Shown here: in pieces, positions 55,611 to 64,000 of the stretch
Numbering within the stretch: the stretch's first letter is position 1
Layout of the letters: every line of letters starts with the position of its first letter
From: Blasia pusilla
Taxonomy: Eukaryota
Length of the DNA: 64,000 nucleotides
Direction of reading: 5' to 3'
Assembly (NCBI GenBank): GCA_050084515.1
Contig: CM114271.1
Span: 36,332,001-36,396,000 of the forward strand
Program-made: the position numbers and the translations under genes
Notes under the pieces: generated by a model
Databases searched by the model: none
The model's input: the letters and a program-made list of their open reading frames with translations, nothing else
What the model was told of the DNA's origin: nothing

Positions 55611-56422
55611 TCTACTTCTTTCAACAATAAGACTAAGACACATCATACCAATTTATCTCTAAGAGAACAATACTTGAGGGAAATTTAATACTCATCATTT
55701 TATTGGAATAAGAACAAAAATATTATACATTCTTTGAAGGATTAGATAGACTAATCCTAAAGGATACATGTTAGAGTGATATGCAATTCGCCAAGTGCAT
55801 CAATAGATATTCTTTACGGAGATCGCGAATAGCTAAGCCTATGGCGCTCACGCTAGCAGGGAATTGAGAAGCAAGTTTTGATCGCGTGTCCAAAGAGGAA
55901 AGACTTTGAATTCACTCACCAAAGTCAAAACGTAGACTAAGTAGTCATATGACTACAAACAACGAGGTAACCGCTCGTAAGACTAACGCTAGATGAGACA
56001 AGCATGCGCCCTAAGACTAGCCTTAGGCGAGAAAAGTCGTAGCTACTTGTGGGGATAAGAGCCCCCCCACCCTCGATATATAGGAAGACTCTACTAATCC
56101 TATATATAGGCTTGAAGAATAGATAGGAAGACTTTGCTAAGCCATCTTAGTGGTAACTAGTCAAACACAAGTTCGCTAGTCGTGAATCACGTTTGGGTTG
56201 GGGATGAAAATCAAGGGTCCAGGGTGGACGATGGGAAGGTGGGATTTTTAGGGAGAGCCCAAGAAGTATCTATGAGGGGGACTTTCCCTCCCTCTTTGCT
56301 CAAGTCCATGAACAAGAGATCAACCGTGATGCGTGTTTGCCCATGTTTCAAGTTTGAGTTAAGGAACCATTCGGGAACCTTGAGAAAATAATCAAACCGG
56401 TTCGATATAGATGAGCGACTTA

Positions 56423-56720
56423 CAAGATTGCATGTCGGAAAAGTCAATGTCCGAAATTTTTCCATATGCACTGACTTACGTCCGTCTTATGGAAGGACTT
56501 GTCCATGTGGGCCCCACCTCCCCTCTCTTTCTTATTCCTTCCACTTGCCTTCGTGTTTTGCACTTTCTCGTTTCTTCTTCCCCATATCTCCACTCCCTCC
56601 CCTCTTATTGCCTTAGCCACCCTTGCTATGCCTTCTACCATGAGCTATAAGTATGGGCCCCATCTTTTGCAATCCATGTTTGTGGACATATCTACACTTG
56701 TCCGTTTTTGTGCAACCCTA
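56423..56720 (+). mobile_element. hAT-type MITE (298 bp)
   Basis: TIRs caagattgca / tgcaacccta; decayed 8-bp TSD gcgactta / gcaacttg; homologous to 61420-61729. Confidence 0.75.
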
Positions 56721-58841
56721 GCAACTTGGGGAGATAGTTCGAGGCTTGGGGAAGAGGCTTCTCAAAGAGACAATGCACACTTAGGAAGACTTGGATCCGA
56801 TTGCACTTGGTAGATTCTTGGCTATCTTCGAAATACCCAACCATTTAAATCTTTAAGTCTCAATCCAAGACTTTTGTTTGCAATACTTAAGGTCTAGAAT
56901 GCTTCGAGATGAAGTAAGGAGGGGTGGAGGTTGAACTCTAAAATTATACCTCCTTTGAAGGACTGTATAGACTCAGGTAAAGTATACATGTCTAGATCGC
57001 CAAATACATCCATAGACATTCTCCGAGGGTACATCCTGAACATATGCATTGGTCTGGATTTGAATAAATTTAAGGGGATGTATGGCCGATCTATAGATGA
57101 ATTCAAATCCTCCTTCATCTTAACATTTTGCATCTTAACAAATGTACTTGGCATTACCTATGTTAGCATTAGATACCAAGCTCTCACTATTATGTTTCTC
57201 TTATGATGCAAAACGCCTACCATTTCAATTCCATAATCAAAATGCACATGCAGGTTCTCAAATCATTGAGATCTCCTATAAGAATTTTTTTTCCTTGACT
57301 TATTGCAAATGGAGGCTGTGGATAAGAGATCGGGCAAGCCCTCCCTCACCTTCCTCATGTAATGAAGGATAGACAATGAGGCCATAAGGATCATGCATTC
57401 TAATTGTGAAAAACTTTTTTGGCCAAACTAGATGGCGCTATAAAATTTTGATAGCAGCTTGATGGCAACAATGAAGGCAAACAAGATATGACATTAGGAA
57501 AACTGCCAAAAGATTTATGAATATGAAGTGCTGAAAATATTGAGGTAGAAAAAATCCATTATTTTCATAAGGCTACCAATCTAATTTACACTTACAAATG
57601 ATTCACATTATTTAAGTGAGATTGAAAAAGAGAAACCCATTCAATTACAACAACCTTAGTAAGGGGAATCAAGATTAGACTTGACCCTATGGAGATAAGA
57701 AGTCACTACTTAAATTAAACTAAGAATTGACGCCTAAAAAACATATTTGATTCAAAAGAAGAATCAGCTATCAAAATAATCGCACCCTTTTAAAAAATAA
57801 AAAATAGAAATCCCAATAATATAATTCGAATAAAGATGACGTTTGAAGAACCAACACATAATCTCCATAGGGAGAAATATAAAATGTGACTAAAATAAGA
57901 AGGGGAAAACAATGTAAAGTACAAGGAAGGGGTTCTCAAAGAAGTGGGAACACCCACGCAACACCTCGTCGACCTTGTCGAGAGAAAGAAAATATAATTT
58001 CCATAACATGTTTTCTAAAACATGTTACATCTCTACAATAGTACGTCAAATAATAAAATACATTTTAAATTCTTTAATTTTTAATGGTGATTTGAAATTT
58101 TATATCATTATCGGAGAGGGCCTCTTATTTTGCAAACATGTCTCCTTTTGGACGCTTTCATCCAATAAAATAGTCCATTTTCTGAATCAAAAGGATTATT
58201 CCAAATCAATTTAAATGATACTTGAAAAACTCAAAAATTAATCATGTGAAATAATTTAAACCCACGAACTTACATTAAATTAAATTTAAAACATAATAAA
58301 ATATAGATCATTTAGCAATCACATACTCTCAAGTTAGTAATAACACTCCCCTTGTTTTTCCGTTCCGATAAGTTACGGAATACCCGCAACCAAAATTCCC
58401 CGTCCGAGACGGACGGAAGTCACGCTCCATCCCGTTACCTGGCCTTGACAGGTGGGATGCCTGCGAGTCTTCCGCGTAGAGAGACGCCTTTACAGTCTCT
58501 TGAGACTCCCACGTGGACTCCCAAACATATTCACGGACCGATGGATAATAAATAAACAAATGAATGTTGGGGGCCCCAAGAGGAGATTCTTTATTAAGAA
58601 AGAGAATTGACGATTTTCTTCTTTTTTATTTAATTCTTTAGTGTTGGCTGGCGAGTTGGAATATTATTCTTACTACGAATTTATAATTTAATTTTTTGGT
58701 TTCCTAATATTTTTATTTTTTCTTATGTAATAAGCTGAATTTCATTTATTTACTAGTAATATGCACAAAATAGGACTTTTAATTAAAAAATAAATTAGGT
58801 CAATTGAGAATGAAATAATCAATAGAGACCTACTTTATATA

Positions 58842-58888
58842 ATGGGGCCGGTTGCACCCGTGCATCGCACGCATGAAACCGGCCCCAT
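58842..58888. repeat. GC-rich 47-nt hairpin in AT-rich DNA
   Basis: atggggccggtt (58842-58853) pairs perfectly with aaccggccccat (58877-58888); inner stem cgtgc/gcacg. Confidence 0.75.
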
Positions 58889-61419
58889 CCTCCTTGAGTT
58901 AATTGTTAGCTCATAACTGTTAGCTCCTGTTAAACCCGCCACATGTCAACATGAGAAGGGCCTAAAATGCATTCGTGTCATGCGGAGGAAGCCCCTGCAT
59001 GAAACCCCAGACTCTTTTAATAGTGTAGATTAGTTATTAGATAAACCCAAGATTAAAGCCCAATCTCAACGTGCAAACTTCATTTACTTTTCACTCAATT
59101 GCAACGTACGCTAAAGAAGTGTTCTTTTATGTAATTGATTTTTTTTATTCACTCAAAGAACCAAAAGTCAAATAACCATATCTGCATTTTATTGAAAAGT
59201 GATTTAAATGTATGGAAAGGGCCATGGAAAATCATCTCTTAGGCTACCCCAAAAAGCAAGACATGTGACCAAATGATTACCATCCAATTTACCACATGAA
59301 TGATTATGGTGGGTAGATGTACATGAAGTATTCTCTTGGGGATGATCAATCAACTTCCTACTTTTGAAAGATTCTTATGATGTGTTTTTTAGAGCTTAGA
59401 TAATTATATCAAAGGTTTTATAGGACATGTCTCCGTGAGCCCCCATATGTGCAGGTATTGCACTAACAAGAGATTTTTTGTGATCATTGATAATCTGATT
59501 GGATTCCTCCAAATAATGTGGAAGGTTTGCAAGGGTTTAAGAACATACCCTCCCAATGAGTTCAATCAATGAAATGAGGGACAACTCGAAGATTTGGAAG
59601 TAAAAAAAAGTCTATGCCACTTACGTTAGTTATGCCGTCCTAATTCTTTTCCCATAAAAATTTCTTTGTTTTCTCTTTTGTATTAGGTCATATGGTTGCG
59701 ATAGTCGGTTTAGGATCACATGGGACCCAAGAAACAAGATTGGTCCTCATGTAAATACTCTTGTAAAGAAATAGATTTAAGGATTAATAGCAATGGACAA
59801 ATATGTTTTGAGAAATTCCAAGAGTTCAAGTGGAGAAGTTGAAAATCCAAAAATATCACCAAAAAAGAAGAAATCCATGAAGTTGATAAAAACCTAATGT
59901 TTGTGACAAACCATGATGGTGATGGTATTACATCATAATAATATCGATAATATAACCTAGAGAGCAACGTCATGAGAAAGCATGATGTATTTAGGATAAT
60001 CTCAAAGAAGTGATGGGTTCTACTTTTATTGAGGTGATGGTGGCATTGGGACAAAATTCTTACTTTTTTAAATTTTCTTTTTATTCCTCAAAGTTTAGCC
60101 ACATCTTAATCTTTCTTAATATTGTGCTTTGCACATAGTATTCTTTGGGTCAAGTGTCAATTCAATCATGTAATTTTTAGTTTTATGTATGAGTTTTCTA
60201 GGTGTTTCATATCCTTCTTCTTTTTTGTTTCTTTATTTGTTTCCAAATCTATCTTTTCTTTTGAAGGGACACGTCATCTTTAAAGATACAAGTAACATGC
60301 TTATAGTTTGCATGGTAGGAACCTTGTGCAAAACCCTCGTACCAAGTGAGTGCATACACCTCTAACTTCTAAGTGGTTGTGATTCCCCACATACCCGTAG
60401 GAACTTGATAAGTCCCAAACATGAGCTCTATCTTATCACCCATTGATTGCTTGAAGCTTGCGTGTTGAGCCCCCAAGATCAAGTTCCTCTTGTATGGCCA
60501 TAGGAGTCTTGGGTAGAGATGACTCACCAAGCAAAATTTTCTTTTCGAGACTCTCATCCTAATCAATCTCCTCTACAAGTTAAAATCCTCGATGGGATTT
60601 AAGGGCTTGAGGCTCACCAACATCCCTCAAGCCTCGTACATCATCGGGCTTGAGCTTGATGACTTTCTTTTTTATCTCTCCTTGGCTTGTTGCCTTCTTT
60701 TGCTGTGGTGGTTAACAACGCCAAAATAGCCCACTTATTTTTTTCCAATTTGATATTTTTCTCCTCTAATCCTCTAGCCCCTAGAAGAAACTTCTAACTT
60801 GAGCCTTGCGAGTGGAAGACTTGGATTGGGTTTTGAGACCCGAGTAGTTACAAGAAAAAGTCAGAAAATTAAGATGTTGCACGAGTTCAGTTTTCGAGTC
60901 CCACAAGGTGGATACCTTCCTCCTATGGAGCGTCATTACTACAACTGGACCTATATCCCTCCTTCACTCACCCAAGATGAAGCACGGACACTCTCCTAAA
61001 GATGCATATTAAATGGTATCTTATCTAACAACCTCAAACATGGTCACATCCTCATTCCAAGTAGTGAGAAGATAAGTATGGAGATCATCCCCTCCTATAG
61101 GTACTTTTGAAGTTTTCTAATCCCCCTCTTTATCCTAAGTATCCACCTCAAGCCACTACTTTTGGCCCTCAACCCAAACGTGGATGGAGACTCTATATTT
61201 GGATAGTTGGATTGAAAGATGACTTGATTGACTCTTAGGGTTTTTTGTCACCCTTTCTTGACTCACCAAGGTCACCTTGGGCTCTTGCTACATGTTTTTG
61301 TAAATCTCATGGCTAATTTCCCATTTTGACTCATGCCTCTTCATACCATTCATGTTTAGTAATTGATCTCATAGCACCGACGCATGTCTTGACTATTCTA
61401 GACTACCAAGCCACTTGAC

Positions 61420-61729
61420 CAAGGTTGCATGTGGACAAAGTTTGTGTCCGTGGACATGTCTATGTCCTTGAACTTATATCCGTCCTATGGAAGGACTTGT
61501 CCGTATGGGCCCCACCTTTCCTTTCTTTCTCATTCCCCTTACTTGCCTCAGTGTTCCATACTGCTCCATTTCTTCCTCCCTCCACCTCCACCTCCACCCC
61601 CACTCCCTCCTTCCTCATTGCTCCTCTCATCCTTGCTTTGCCTTCCATCATGGCCTAAAAGTGTGGGTCCCACCTCTTGGAACCCATGTCCGTCCTAAGG
61701 AAGGACTTTTTCGTTTTGGTGCAACCATG
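61420..61729 (+). mobile_element. hAT-type MITE (310 bp)
   Basis: TIRs caaggttgca / tgcaaccatg; perfect 8-bp TSD cacttgac (61412-61419 and 61730-61737); tccgtcc subterminal motifs. Confidence 0.85.
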
Positions 61730-64000
61730 CACTTGACCTCAAGAACGATTAACTACAAGGCTTTCCGCTCTTTTTGGTTAATCTCTAGTTTTGTGCGCAA
61801 TTCCACCTTTTTTCTCGAAAGACTTATCTCAAGGTGCACACCTATGTTGACTAGTCTTAACCCATGGCCTCAAGTTGTGTGATTTCCACGCTTAGGGCTC
61901 CAGGTTTGATCTTAGGGTTCTCGACCATCTTGACCTTCATTTAGCAGATCACTCCATTGCCTCCTTAGGCTTAGGACTAGCCTATCTAGGTTACGTCTTG
62001 TTGTTCTCATTAAGGTAAGATCCTCTTTTGATTTGCGATAATGACTTGTCTTCCGAGACTCTGGTAGCATGTGTGTCTAAGACTTAGATATTTGCGATAT
62101 CCATGATATTTACAAATGAAAATCATATCCCTCATAGAGTGCAAGAATTATGGCTACCATCATAAAAAAGAAGATCTTCAATAGAGAAATATGCAAAAAA
62201 AATCATGAATAAAAGATCCTGGAATGGAACTTCTTATAAAAGTTTTTGTAGTCTTCCAAAAATTAATTACATTTTTGAATAATTTCTTATAATTTATTTT
62301 ACACATGCTTGAGAATAAGCTTGTATACAGTAATCAAATTTCAGTAATTGAAGCCAATAATCAATAAGATATTCTTAAGGACCATGAAGAATACAAGAAA
62401 TCAACAAAATAAAGGAAAAAAAGAAAAGAACGAAATACAATATGCACAAAAGGCAATTTTAGGATGTTAGTAGTTAACCTTTAGTATAAAAAAAACTCTT
62501 GCTTTCATATTCTTACACATCTTCAATGTTTTCCTTGTTGGAATTTTAAGAAACCAGTATGCAACCCCTTTTTAGGATTTTGAGTTTTATAATGGAAAAA
62601 CACAAATACATTAGAACTGTCGTATTCGGATTCGTACTAACACCGGAGTAGGGATAGAGAGGAACACATGTTTGGAAGGAGAACACAATCTGGAGATACC
62701 GCTATTCTATTTTTTTCGTATTAATGAGATGAGAGAATTAATGCTTAGCACATATGCTAACATCTTATCGTTCACAATTTGCATCCTCGGGTCAAGAAAG
62801 TGCAGAGTAACTTGCATTCAGCAAGCTTTGCAGGTAGAGTCGATTTCTTGTAGGGGTCGTAATTAAAGAAACACCCAATTTTTTGACTAAATTTAAAAAA
62901 GCATTTTCGCACGTAAAAAATGAGCGTTAAAAGTGAACTAGTCGATATGCTTGTGCACAGCAAGAGAGAAAGATGCAACCTTCTTTCTTTACTACAATAG
63001 AGAATCATAGTTATTTTATCATAATAAAGTTTAGGATGAAACTATCTTCTTTTAAAGTCCCCATTTCCACCTCTTCATTTATAGGAACCCATAACCCCGT
63101 CTTTCCCATGTTCGAAGAAAAGAATTCCAATTCCCTACCCCTAATCATCAAACTATTAAGCGCATTAGCTCATTGTGAAGACAAATGATTGAATGACACG
63201 TGTCCTATTTGTCGATGAAGCCAATTCATGACTTTTTTGTTTTAATTTTACCCTATACCAAGCAGAAAACAAGAATGGGTAAGATTTTAATAATTAGATT
63301 TTTTTTTTTATTTATAATTTTTAATAAATAAATAAATAATCTAATTAACTCAAATTCAAACATCTTCCCCATGAAATCTTAAAGAGTCTCTTTAATTTCT
63401 ATTCTCTTTTCTCATTTGGAAATTTAAAACTATTTTTTCAAGGTTCATGCCAATAAATTATGATAAAATAAAGTTTAGTTTTGAGGCAAAATTAATTTTC
63501 CTTTTGGGAAAAAATGAAAAGGATAATAGGAAAATAATGGGTATAATGGGACAAGAATATCAAAATAATGGAAGATATATATTTTTCTAAATTATTTTAA
63601 ATTTTCAAGTTAGATTGGGAGAAAATTTGAATCCCTCTTTTGGAATTTTTTTTTTCAAAATCAGTGATTTTCTTTTACTTATTGAAGGATGGGGATTGGC
63701 AAAGGGATAAATTCTTTTCTTCAAAACATCTGAATTTTTTTCTTAAGCCAAGTTAGATGTATTATAATTTTTTTTTCTTCATCCTTTTTAATATGAAACT
63801 TTATTCAACGCGTGTCCACTAATTTCATATTATCATCCTCCATACGTGAATCTGTTCATTCCCAATCATCTCACCTGGTGTAAAACTTACTAGTTCCTTG
63901 TAATTATGGATGTGTAAACTTATTAGAAGTCCTCAATGTTTATCTACTTGTCTTATAATTATGGTTCCCATCCCAATATAGAATAGATTCATATTTAAAA

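Overview
Eukaryotic nuclear DNA from a green plant with flagellated sperm, probably bryophyte-grade (inferred from PsbS plus an axonemal EFHC1/RIB72-type gene). Three spliced host genes lie on the + strand: PsbS (12054-13479), a three-DM10-domain EFHC1/RIB72-like gene (about 17871-23316, 5' end unresolved) and the proteasome ATPase RPT3 (50835-53784). Most of the rest is decayed mobile DNA. Main result 1: a roughly 10.6 kb Ty3/Gypsy element (34760-45407, - strand) has the order gag-protease-DNMT3-like C5 cytosine methyltransferase-RT-RNaseH-integrase-PHD finger. Four related partial copies occur in the window, and two of them stop at the same point just after DNMT motif I. Main result 2: a stop-ridden, intron-containing relic gene (about 6217-10700), mostly invisible in the ORF track, reads as a ParB/Srx-like domain fused to a beta-class amino-methyltransferase fold. 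It is accompanied by about 25 copies of a 31-bp palindrome. Smaller items are hAT MITEs with 8-bp TSDs, a solo LTR nested in the integrase, probable Helitron ends, a copia RNase H scrap and a near-perfect 75-nt hairpin. All family assignments come from manual translation and motif recognition; no searches were run.
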